Positions 48,101 to 56,142 are shown, counted from the first letter of the stretch. The stretch: DNA of 64,000 bases from Antedon mediterranea (GCF_964355755.1 NC_092672.1:8122001-8186000), one strand, 5' to 3'. Program-made: numbers and translations. Notes: generated from the sequence alone by a model not told the origin.

Positions 48101-49854
48101 TAAGACCACGAAAGCTAAGACCCAAGACTACAAATTCTAAGATATACTACAGCTTAAAAACAATACTTGTTTATCCATACATAATTGTAAACACAGTAGG
48201 TTTCATTTATTACCATAAATATAATTTAATACCACCGCAAAACATAGATAAACTCACATTATTTTCGCACGTTGAGTAAATGTATATTTTTTCTTTACAA
48301 CAAACAAACTTGACAGGGTGTGTGTTTGTATATATTTACTCCATTGTGTTGGTTCAGAGGATGTTTTTCTTACGCTCCTGCCTTTCTTGTATTTTGACTC
48401 CAAATTTGTTGACTAACTTTATCCTGAACACCACACTTTAAAATTAGGACTTATAAGTACTTTCAGAAGGAGAAACACATAATAACAAATAAATAAATCC
48501 TTTAAATTTATGATTTTACAGACGTTTCTTTGTATACTGTGAATGTAACTCCTCGAGCTCCCCATGCTCAATGTTTTTGTTTCTATGGAGCGCCAAAAGA
48601 GCAACAATAATATAGTACAAGTATAAAAACAGAAAGAAAACGAAACAAAAAAACTTATCATGATTTTTTAATTAAAATTTATTTGCCAGTATTTATTTCC
48701 TCATACTTGCATGATTATACTATTATCATTACAATTTTAATTTTACATTGTTCCATCCACACTGTAGATGGACTCCACAGAGTTTTCAGCCCTCTATATA
48801 ATTTTTGCTTTTTTGACGTTCCATAGAAACAAAAACATTGAACATGGGGTAGGCCTACTGTACTGTAGGCTAGTCATTTTGTGTGCGAGAAAAAAAGTCT
48901 GTAAAATCATCAATTTAAAAATGTATTTGTTACTTTTTATGTGATTCTTTTTCATGAAAGTGCCAATTCTAAGGTGTGGTATTCAGAATAAATGTTGGGA
49001 GTTAAAATACAAGGCAGGTGCGAAAGATAAATATTTGTAATCTTAGGTCTTGGGTCTTAGCTTTCGTGATCTTAGGTCTTAGGGGGTCTTAGCTTTCGTG
49101 GTCTTAGGTTTCGTGACACCCCATCATGGTTTATTACAGTAACTGTTGTCTTACACTACAGCATACAGCAGGATAATAGTAATACTAATACATTTCCATT
49201 CTTTCCCCCACAAACAAGGGAGTGCCTTCTTACAGGATAGGGCCAACCATATCATTACATTTGTCTTATTTGATTGGATCGATTGATTTTCAATTAAATA
49301 CTTTTTTAACGTAGTATTTTGAGTGTTGAGATTGTTCTTAACGAAAACAAATGAGTTCATTTTTTTTCCTGAATGTTGCCTGGCGGTGTACTGTTTAACT
49401 GTATGTTGTGGGTATTCAAACTCGGACAAGCATGCGCTTCTTCTTTTTTGTGTTGTGATTTGTGTGGCAATAAAATGTCACTAGGCCTAGGCTAGGCCTA
49501 GACTTATAATACAGATTATAAGTTACATGATATTCTGCATAATTATGGAACGCATTAATGAATATATCCGTCCCAGCCCTAGGCTGTCCTGCTTTCAACT
49601 GACTATTGATCGTCTGCTTCCCCTGCTTCCCCTGCATGCCGTTGGTACGGAGCCTATGCTAGGCCTACCTGCTGCCTGCTGGAAGTTCGAAATGATGTCT
49701 TCCGGGAGGCCTCTAGACCTAGCTAGGCTAACTAGTATTTTTGGCAGATCAGACAATACATTTTAATAATTGCACCTAAATTTAATAACTATATCATCAT
49801 TTCCATAACTACTATTAATAATTTCCTACCGGAATTGCAGTAAATAAGCGCCAT
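15179..49854 (-). CDS. CAMTA: Calmodulin-binding transcription activator (CG-1, TIG/IPT, ankyrin, IQ motifs); about 22 coding exons; terminal exon uncertain
   Basis: Phase-consistent exons give RHRWNTNEEIA, RKKVKHRKDGYIWKKRKDGKTTREDHMKLKV, CLYGCYVHSAIIPTFHRRCYWLLQNPD (CG-1); ITDFSPGWSYPEGGVKILVTGPW (TIG); GMTLLHLAAALGY and TPMMWSCALGH (ankyrin); six IQxxxR-like motifs. Confidence 0.95.
16424..16572. mobile_element. Harbinger-like MITE family A, most intact copy
   Basis: TIR AGCTCTGTCTACACTATCAAACT / AGTTTGATAGTGTAGACA; TWA flanks; internal palindromic GATGTGCCCA..TGGGCACATC. Confidence 0.8.
17109..17263. mobile_element. hAT (Charlie-like) MITE
   Basis: TIR CAGTGGTTCCCAA / TTGGGAACCACTG. Confidence 0.75.
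17358..17381 (-). CDS. CAMTA: Candidate 24-nt CAMTA microexon (ALWDLED)
   Basis: Strong gtaagt donor, weak acceptor (tacaaaag), symmetric phase 2-2. Confidence 0.35.
17487..17810 (+). mobile_element. 5S rRNA-derived SINE (SINE3-like)
   Basis: 17487-17560 CGGCCTTACCGCGTTGAAACATCGGTTCTCATCAGATCACCAAAGTTAAGCAATGTTGGGCC resembles the 5' part of 5S rRNA; followed by a non-5S body and a TA-rich tail. Confidence 0.7.
18260..18334 (-). CDS. CAMTA: CAMTA exon (EQSAARKIQRFMKRCQN)
   Basis: tttcag acceptor, gtaaat donor; AARKI.RF motif. Confidence 0.92.
18603..19112. repeat. Adjacent local duplications (about 93 bp x 2 and 73 bp x 2.7)
   Basis: Direct repeats at 18603/18696 and at 18919/18992/19065. 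Confidence 0.85.
19621..19820 (-). CDS. CAMTA: CAMTA exon with three IQ motifs
   Basis: KKMTDAARVIQSRFRGY, AAIIIQSHYRAY, AAIVIQQRFR; atacag acceptor, gtaat donor. Confidence 0.94.
20031..20340. mobile_element. Long-hairpin non-autonomous element (Crypton-like)
   Basis: Inverted arms of about 72 bp around GAGGCAAAGCCGA; ends ...ATATAGGTGTTATATAATA. Confidence 0.6.
20469..20573 (-). CDS. CAMTA: CAMTA exon (GRQRQKQQELEAAVIIQNYFRRYKQ...)
   Basis: ctcag acceptor, gtaagt donor; IQ motif; possible alternative internal donor. Confidence 0.88.
20764..20891. mobile_element. Harbinger-like MITE
   Basis: TIR ATACCCCTTTCACA / TGTGAAAGGGGTAT. Confidence 0.72.
20899..20963 (-). CDS. CAMTA: CAMTA exon (DHEQLELYKAALVIQNAFRQYQ)
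   Basis: cttag acceptor, gtaact donor; IQ motif. Confidence 0.93.
21015..21151. mobile_element. Harbinger-like MITE family A
   Basis: CTACACTATCAAACT...AGTTTGATAGTGTAGACAGAGCT. Confidence 0.78.
21210..21355 (-). CDS. CAMTA: CAMTA exon (...QSFSLLTLS)
   Basis: ttttag acceptor, gtaaat donor. Confidence 0.88.
21643..21782 (-). CDS. CAMTA: CAMTA exon (EQYLSIAEQIIDALPDRIK)
   Basis: ctcaag acceptor, gtaagt donor; conserved AEQII.A.P.RIK motif. Confidence 0.9.
21940..22092 (+). mobile_element. RTE-type LINE extreme 3' fragment
   Basis: KRPVGRP and NRQKWKQIVESVMSED* followed by AAGAAGAAGTAAGTA. Confidence 0.5.
22120..22791 (-). CDS. CAMTA: CAMTA exon (MWSCALGH...S/P-rich region)
   Basis: ttttag acceptor, gtaagt donor, 224 codons. 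Confidence 0.92.
22931..23000 (-). CDS. CAMTA: CAMTA ankyrin exon (ELEANPIIVDENSCTPM)
   Basis: tttaaag acceptor, gtaagt donor. Confidence 0.9.
23152..23348 (-). CDS. CAMTA: CAMTA ankyrin exon (FEDRVITVCE...GMTLLHLAAALGY)
   Basis: ttgtag acceptor, gtaaat donor. Confidence 0.93.
23624..23727 (-). CDS. CAMTA: CAMTA exon (ENDFKMAILDRLEQIEKRL)
   Basis: tgtag acceptor, gtaagt donor. Confidence 0.92.
24080..24211 (-). CDS. CAMTA: CAMTA TIG exon (AHTAGVV...VLFEYKAR...DWLPLD)
   Basis: ttttag acceptor, gtaaat donor. Confidence 0.93.
24431..24557 (-). CDS. CAMTA: CAMTA TIG exon (GGVKILVTGPW...GVLRCFCP)
   Basis: tttag acceptor, gtaagt donor. Confidence 0.94.
24667..26834 (-). CDS. CAMTA: CAMTA giant exon (2168 nt; Q/N/S-rich region leading into TIG)
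   Basis: 722-aa ORF ending ITDFSPGWSYPE; aacag acceptor, gtaagc donor. Confidence 0.93.
26953..27106 (-). CDS. CAMTA: CAMTA exon (GSDVAEAIVHYYL...LRMLLPRID)
   Basis: ttacag acceptor, gtaaga donor; open frame, phase 0 to 1. Confidence 0.82.
29365..30140. repeat. Degenerate tandem satellite (units of about 100-130 bp)
   Basis: Repeated ATACCCACTTTATCAGTATCATAGCAA...TTTATGAATAAATTAT...GAATAATTCATGA. Confidence 0.85.
30405..30451 (-). CDS. CAMTA: CAMTA short exon (FVGSQMKVNNGNKEYS)
   Basis: ctttcag acceptor, gtaagt donor; needed for phase continuity (1 to 0). Confidence 0.78.
30910..31069 (-). CDS. CAMTA: CAMTA exon (NPDMVLVHYLNMP...WTREELLQQITPM)
   Basis: cgtag acceptor, gtatgt donor. Confidence 0.92.
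31555..31700. mobile_element. MITE with AACGCAAGGACGTAAACGCAACGCAAG inverted ends
   Basis: Matching CTTGCGTTGCGTTACGTCCTTGTGTTGCGT at 31669-31698. Confidence 0.65.
31712..31783 (-). CDS. CAMTA: CAMTA CG-1 exon (CLYGCYVHSAIIPTFHRRCYWLLQ)
   Basis: tttcag acceptor, gtaaac donor. Confidence 0.95.
32372..32450. repeat. G-rich 12-13-bp repeat (CAGGGGCGGATC-like), resembling amplified hAT termini
   Basis: Five GATCCAG units. Confidence 0.6.
34147..34862. mobile_element. Non-autonomous PIF/Harbinger element
   Basis: Imperfect TIR GGTCGTGTTCGTA / TACGAACAGGCCC, 3-bp TSD CAA on both sides, CpG-rich interior. Confidence 0.7.
35165..35300 (-). CDS. CAMTA: CAMTA CG-1 exon (PHSGCLFLFNRKKVKHRKDG...LGVE)
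   Basis: tgtag acceptor, gtaagc donor; follows an 11.9-kb intron. Confidence 0.95.
37277..37290. promoter_or_regulatory. RFX X-box match in CAMTA intron 3
   Basis: GTTGCCATAGCAAC. Confidence 0.4.
38025..38305 (+). mobile_element. tRNA-derived SINE with a CORE-like middle and an L2-like tail
   Basis: GGTTCGAATCC; TGTATCCTTAGGCAAGATACTT; CCACCCAGGTGTATAAATGGGTACC; GGCGCTATATAAAT; partial copy at about 30668-30850. Confidence 0.78.
39204..39600. mobile_element. Foldback Harbinger-like MITE
   Basis: Arms of about 170 bp: GCCCATTTACACTAGGACGATAACGA / TCGTTATCGTCCTAGTGTAAATGGGC; TAA and TTA flanks. Confidence 0.85.
41296..41450. mobile_element. Harbinger-like MITE family A (degraded)
   Basis: Same TIRs and the GGTAGTGATATGACATCATCATGTCCATA core. 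Confidence 0.7.
41644..41945. repeat. About 93-96-bp tandem triplication
   Basis: TAGTTAATTTATATTCTTATCACAAACAAATCAA x3. Confidence 0.85.
45525..46105. repeat. Purine-rich (GA) low-complexity tract
   Basis: Almost exclusively G/A on the + strand, with short internal duplications. Confidence 0.9.
47173..47240 (-). CDS. CAMTA: CAMTA exon (EIASLLTSFDKHNGWQTTVTKTR)
   Basis: cttag acceptor, gtaatt donor. Confidence 0.92.
47593..47693 (-). CDS. CAMTA: CAMTA exon (VLPKKLENLPK...RHRWNTNE)
   Basis: atacag acceptor, gtaagt donor; start of CG-1. Confidence 0.92.
48076..49121. mobile_element. Mutator-like (MULE/foldback) non-autonomous element in CAMTA intron 1
   Basis: TIR GGGTGTCACGAAACCTAAGACC.. 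with internal subrepeats; perfect 10-bp TSD CATCATGGTT at 48066-48075 and 49122-49131. Confidence 0.9.
49830..49854 (-). CDS. CAMTA: CAMTA probable first coding exon (MALIYCNS)
   Basis: aagATGGcg Kozak context, gtagg donor; phase 1 matches the next exon, whereas the upstream ATG at 49867 does not. Confidence 0.7.
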
Positions 49855-51199
49855 CTTCCTTATCCATCTTCTCTCTTTTTCATTAATAAGTGCATCGTCT
49901 GCCAGTGTTGTACTGCTGATGAACTAAAAATCGAGTAAACAAGGAGTAAAATAGAGGGCGCAAACCATTATTACTGTCATGTCCTCCTCTCTCTCCTCGT
50001 CCGTCGACACAGAGACTGCCTGCATAATTTGATTCTTACCTCATTTTGAATAATGTATATCCTTCGGTATATTCTAAATGCAGAAATCACAAATAGCCTA
50101 GATTTGAATTTTACCGTTCATTTTTTCTTTTTCGGAAGGAATAATTATATGTAACTATCAAGTACACTAGATGCCAACCATTACTTTCTAATGCGGACTG
50201 AAATGTCAAATTACAATCTAAAGGACTATAAAAACCAAAAAAATGTGATGTGCCCAAATATGGACACGATGAAATCATATCACTACCATACTTAGGCACA
50301 TCACACTTTTTTGTCAAACAAGTTTGACAGAGTTTAAGGCCTAATGAAACATACAAACAAAAATATCGTTAAAAACCATTTCTTGATTGGTTTTTCCTTG
50401 CATTAGTTTTCATCCATCAATCTTATTGCTTGCTTAATTTCAGAAAATTAACCGACGAAAAGAAATGACAGTTTGATGGATGGTAATTTTGGTTAATTTG
50501 GGGACTTTCAAACCCTAAAGAAATTTAGCACCATTTTTCAGACACTTCTTTTTTTCCAGTCTGTTTTAATTTCATAAATTATTTGTAAATTGAAAGAATT
50601 GTTTTTTATTGTTATTTTGATTTGAAATAATTAAATGTTAACTCGATTGATTGATAGGACCGGTTCGAAGAATTGAGTATGGAACGCCTCAGATGCTACA
50701 TATTTTTAGATTAAAGAGTTGGGTCTCTGGTCACATCAATGTCAATATTCCGAACGCAATAAACTTATCCCTGGTACTTTACATAAACAAATTCAACAAC
50801 TATGCACATTTATTTTATTCATTTATTTACTTTCAAGTTTGTATATCAGGAAGCAACTTAGGTCTACATAATCCATAAAATCCATCCATAATTATAAACA
50901 TATTTCGTTTACTTCAAATTAAATAAAGCAATAACAATAATTACAATTTATTAAGGTTTATTATTAAGATAATATATATCTCGCGCGCGTTTCATTTTTT
51001 TGTTCGTAATTAAATGCAATTATAACAAAATACTGATATATCCAATATAAATAATTTATTTAAAAAAATAATATTACATAATTCATATTATCTAATATTG
51101 TTTTGTAAATAAGAACCAAAGATTAATAATGAGCATGAATTGAAGTGACACATGATGCAGTATAAGTAAGTAGGCAGACTGTAATGGTTTGGTCTCTCT

Positions 51200-51460
51200 T
51201 ATCCCATCCTACCTACCTACCTACCTACCTACCTACAGTAGGCTACCTGGCCTGCGTCTACCTGACTACTTGCATACCATGGAAACTTACATAGCCTACT
51301 TACATATGGCCTACCATGGACACTTACATACCTGGTCTACTACCATGGACCATGGATTAAGTAATATTCCTTAATCCATGCATAGACACTTACATACCTG
51401 GCCTACTTGCATACCATGGACACTTACATACCTGGCCTGCTTATCTACCTGACCTACCTC
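51200..51460. repeat. (CCTA)n plus degenerate repeat of about 35 bp (ACTTACATACCTGGCCTACTTGCATACCATGGAC)
   Basis: Direct inspection. Confidence 0.8.
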
Positions 51461-51649
51461 AAGCCTATAAAACGAGAGACCATTACATAGCCAACACAAA
51501 TAGTATTAGTGAATTAAAGAAAGTTAATGTTAAAAGTAAATTAATGAAATGATTTGAATAACATAATAACATTCATTGATTTAAACATATTTAGCATGTA
51601 CGGTACAGTATTTTATTATAATTGCAGAACTGAACTGAAGCCTTCTTGG

Positions 51650-52130
51650 TTCCTCTTCTGACGCTCTTCTTCTGACTTCTGACGATCCTCTTTCTGACTT
51701 CTGACGCTCCTCTTTCTGACGCTCCTCTTTCTGACTTCTGACGCTCCTCTTTCTGACTTCTGACGCTCCTCTTTCCGACTTCTGACGCTCCTCTTTCCGA
51801 CTTCTGACGCTCCTCTTTCCGACTTCTGACGCTCCTCTTTCCGACTTCTGACGCTCCTCTTTCCGACTTCTGACGCTCCTCTTTCCGACTTCTGACGCTC
51901 CTCTTTCCGACTTCTGACGCTCCTCTTCTGACTTCTGACGCTCCTCTTCTGACTTCTGACGCTCCTCTTCTGACTTCCGACGCTCCTCTTCTGGCTTCCG
52001 ACGCTCTCCTCTTCTGACTTCCGACGCTCCTCTTCTGACTTTTGACGCTCCTCCTCTGCTTCTACTTCTGACGCTTCTCTTCTGACGCTCCTCTTCTGAC
52101 TTCTGATGCTCCTCTTCTGACGACCCTCTC
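51650..52130. repeat. 21/22-bp minisatellite (CTTCTGACGCTCCTCTTTCCGA)n
   Basis: About 22 units; homogeneous 22-mers in the centre, 21-mers at the right. Confidence 0.95.
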
Positions 52131-52149
52131 CTAACACTCATCTAAAAGG

Positions 52150-53188
52150 TTGGTCTGTTTCTTGCAATTCAAATGCTGGCTGATCCGATCCCATCCGATT
52201 TCCTTCTCTGTACGTCGAAATTGTATTATATGGTCAATATACAACAACAAATCTGCAACTATACCGTTTTTACTCCAGTTAACATTGGACGTCTCTTAAC
52301 AACGCTGAAAAAGTTTAGTAGCGACGTGCTGATCTCGTGGTAGCAAATTCGCCAAAGGTGGTTTCAGTTTTGTGGTAGCTTGTCTACGGCCAATCTCTAT
52401 CTCAAAAACCAGAAACCTGAGCAGATATAAAGTAAGTAAAACTATCTTGAGTTGTGTAGACTTCTTGCATAAATCAAAAGTCATTAATGATTATAAATTG
52501 AACAATTTGCCTTGTTTCTTACTATACCTTACTACCATTGGACGTCTCTCTACAACGTTGTGCAAGTTTGGAAGCGACGTGTGACTCTCGGTAGCCAATT
52601 CGTCAACATGTGGTAGCTTGTCACAGTCTTCATCTCGAAATCCAAAACCTGATTAAAATATATTGAAAGTGAAACAATCTTGAGTTGTGTAGAGTTCTTT
52701 CGCAAATTAAAAGTCATATTAATGTATATAAATTGTACTTATTTTCCTTACTGTAATTCCTTACTATACCGTTTTTCCTGCTAACATTGGACGTCTCTCA
52801 GCAGCGCTGAAAAAGTTTGGTAGCGATGTGGTTTCAGTTCTTGGTAGCTTGCCAAGGTCACCATATCCAAAACCATAAACCTGGGCAGATATAAATAAGT
52901 AAAACTATCTTCTGTTGTGTATATTTCTTGTGCATAATCAAAAGTTTTATGAATGATTAATATTATTAAAACTAATTTACCTTACTATACAGTTTTATTC
53001 TCGTTTTGGACGTTGTAAAATCAACATTCCACCCGTATCACACCAATTCCGTCTCTAGGTAACTAGGACGGATAGTACGACAGCCAACATAATTCGTCAA
53101 AGTTGGCTCCACCTCTTTGGTAGCTTGTCTACTTACATCTCCGTCCAAGAATCTGCAGTAACCCCCAGCAGGGGATTACCCCCTTTTG
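52150..53188. mobile_element. Element with 3-4 internal repeats of about 250 bp and a terminal hairpin (Helentron/HINE-like)
   Basis: CATTGGACGTCTC core at about 52283, 52536, 52785 and degraded at 53005; terminal GTAACCCCCAGCAGGGGATTAC followed by CCCCTTTT. Confidence 0.45.
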
Positions 53189-54712
53189 GAGGTTAAAACA
53201 CGTCAGATGCATATGGTACCGACCAAATAACAGGGGCATACTTACCACCTGTGCACTTACCTTGCTTGGTAGTTTTACCATAAAATAGTGCTACAGTGTG
53301 CGTTGGTGAATACGGTTAATTTTTGTCACACATACCTCACATTCACCGTAACAACATAGATCTTACAAACAATATTATTATACCATTTAATGAATTAGCT
53401 TTGAGTAAGGACGAACTACATTGAAGCAAACCCTGTTGCCAAAATAATCTCTTTGTAAAAGTGTACCTAGTATTAACTTCCGATATTTGTGTAGGCGCGC
53501 CTTAATATTTTAAATACGGGCCACATGCAAACGGCGGAATACTTTATAATGATGTTGACATCTGGTCATCAATCTGTAAAGGATAAAATAGATCATGGTT
53601 AAATAACGTTTAGAACGTTAATCACACAAAACCATTACCTATACTTGGGTATAAAAACATTTTGTTGAGATCCTCAGAGAGAATTATATTTTTCTCGACG
53701 GATCGGTTTATTATAATTTTCGTGAAAGCGCTTGCGTGAAATGGGGTTTCTTATTATTGGTATGTGTGAATAAGGCAGTGGAATTTGCATAAACAGCCAA
53801 GTGCATGTTAGTCATTACCGTAGAAGACAAGATCTAACACACGTAATTCCTTTCAGCAACAGGTAGAAAATGTAAAGAAGTTAAAATCCTCAGCCTCAGC
53901 TGTCTGAAGTTGTTAATATATAGTACGGTATATTGTATTATGCTTGCTATAAAAATCAGCTTTTACCGTACCAACAGTGTTATACTTACCTACTGCGAAA
54001 CCCGTTCAATCGGGAATATTCTCATCTTTGTCGCGAAAACAGGAATAACCACGCAGCATACTGCTGCGATTAAGCGGACGCAATTATTGAGTCACCATTT
54101 CAAACAATGCTATTGGATGATTGATTAATACATGCAAATAATTTGCGTACATTTGTAAGTTTATGCATTAATTGTATAAAAGAAGTTAGTTGTTTAGGTA
54201 AAGTGTTATAAATGTACTACTTCTAATTGCTTTGCTTTTATAATTTAGTGTAGGCATATGCGTGATGCTGTTAGCCATCATTGGTACCGATCTGGTTACC
54301 AATCATGTTGACACCAGTCTACCACGATGAGGTAGCATCTCCGACTTCAGACTGGAAATTTTGTTTTTCTTCCCATTGGCCAAATTAATTTTTAAATGAT
54401 AAAAATAAATGAGAAGAAGTATTGAAATTTTTTTTAAATTATGTTTTTTAGGTTTTAATTTAGGAGAAATCCTATTAATTATTCTTTCATTTGATATCAA
54501 TTTCTAAAGTATCTATAATTTCAATCACTTACTCAATCTTATTGCATTATTAACTTATTGATATAATTATCTTTATTTTCTATATCTTCAATTTTTCTAT
54601 AATTCATTTTTTATCTTATTGTATCTTATCCTATTGCATCTTATTTTATTCTGTTTTTTTATTTTCTTTAATCTATTTTTAAAATCTTATTCTATCTAAT
54701 CTTATTGCCTTT

Positions 54713-54798
<86 letters not shown>
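54713..54798. repeat. (TA)n microsatellite
   Basis: About 40 TA units with one interruption. Confidence 0.95.
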
Positions 54799-54803
<5 letters not shown>

Positions 54804-55032
54804 TATATACATATTCTCTTATCTATACATTATTACCTCTTATCTTATTTTAATGTGTTTTTTTTTTCAAATCTTATTCTATTTTATTGAATCTTATTTT
54901 AGTATATTTGTTTTCTTTTCTGATCCATTAAAACAAAATGTCTCTATTCTAACTTAATTGTACCTTTTTATTGCTGATCTGATTGTATCTTAACTTACTT
55001 ATTTTATTGAATATATATCATATTATATCTTA

Positions 55033-56142
55033 TTACCTTAACTTATTTATTATCTTATTAATCGTTTCTTTTTGCATCTTATATTTTACCTCATCAACAA
55101 ATGATTCCCAACTTATGCCAAGTATCTCACATTCGTCAACTACTATCAAGAATGCTATTATGGATGGTTTTACAGATGTGTGAGATATTCTATTTGTAAT
55201 CAAATATTTGACAGATTTTTGTCTCACTGTTTCTATCGCTTGTTTGATAATTTCAGAGCTAGTGTTACTGCTACCAGAATCACAGTAAGCATGTATAAAG
55301 TCAAGACAAGTGACACTATTAATTTTAAAATTCAAACTCTTGAGTATATTGAATTCTATTTGTGAAATTAATTTAGAATCAAAGTAGCCAATATCCTGGA
55401 GGCACTGACAAGTATAAGGTATGATACTCTTAGATTGGTATCGTTCAGCACATTTCATTGCAAGGCAAAATGATGCAATTGCCAACTCTTCTAGATTCCC
55501 TAGTCTAACATCTGTGTTATCACACATCAATATACTTTCTACAAGTGTAAGGCTACGATGTACTATATCGTAATCGATTATGTATCCATACCGCATGAGC
55601 TCTGATCGAATGTAACATAAAAACTCTACCATATTATCTTTGACAGATTGTGATTTAAAACATGCCCACGGATTTATATCAATGACTTTTTGACGATCAA
55701 GTAGTGACTTAAAATACTCCTTATTGTACTCATAATCATAATTTTCGTTTTGATTATCGCTTTTGTCGCCAACTACTGCGACATCACTATTTCTGATATC
55801 ATTAGTTGGAGGACAAATATGTCTATCATTGATGTTACTGCCAATGGTCTCATCGGTAGGAGACGATTCAATATCAATACAAATATTTACGTTTTTTATC
55901 AGCTTATTAGAAGTATTTTCTACTTTTACAAGTGTATCTAATTTTTTTAATTCAGAAATATTGCCTACTTTAGTATTTCGTCTGATATAAGGACATCCTC
56001 TATTTCTAGGCCTCTTGCGACCTTTTTTGGAGAAGCTAGTAACGCCATTCTTGGTGGCGTGAAAATCATTTGATCTCACCGTTACCTGTTGAGCTTCCTC
56101 CAAAGAAGCATAATATCTTCTTTTAAGTACAAATTTAGCCAT
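55033..56142 (-). CDS. Divergent cyclin-fold protein (369 aa, cyclin O-like layout), apparently single exon
   Basis: Uninterrupted ORF from the first ATG (MAKFVLK). Basic N-terminal cluster KKGRKRPRNR. Cyclin-box-like segments: RSLTLVESIL, LEELAIASFCLAMKCAE, ISQIEFNILKSLNFKINSVTCLDFI, KPSIIA. Confidence 0.82.
   Translation of the reverse strand: MAKFVLKRRYYASLEEAQQVTVRSNDFHATKNGVTSFSKKGRKRPRNRGCPYIRRNTKVGNISELKKLDTLVKVENTSNKLIKNVNICIDIESSPTDETIGSNINDRHICPPTNDIRNSDVAVVGDKSDNQNENYDYEYNKEYFKSLLDRQKVIDINPWACFKSQSVKDNMVEFLCYIRSELMRYGYIIDYDIVHRSLTLVESILMCDNTDVRLGNLEELAIASFCLAMKCAERYQSKSIIPYTCQCLQDIGYFDSKLISQIEFNILKSLNFKINSVTCLDFIHAYCDSGSSNTSSEIIKQAIETVRQKSVKYLITNRISHTSVKPSIIAFLIVVDECEILGISWESFVDEVKYKMQKETINKIINKLR

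Noticed and set aside
49855-49867. Upstream ATG (MDKEDGAYLLQF) as the CAMTA start
   Set aside because: It gives phase 2 at the donor, which is incompatible with the next exon; it may act as an overlapping uORF.
51581-52141. EEERQKS-repeat ORFs as a real gene
   Set aside because: The 22-bp units cycle through frames, and stops are absent simply because of the repeat sequence; kept only as a repeat finding.
54705-54890. IYIYIY ORF
   Set aside because: Translation of the (TA)n microsatellite.
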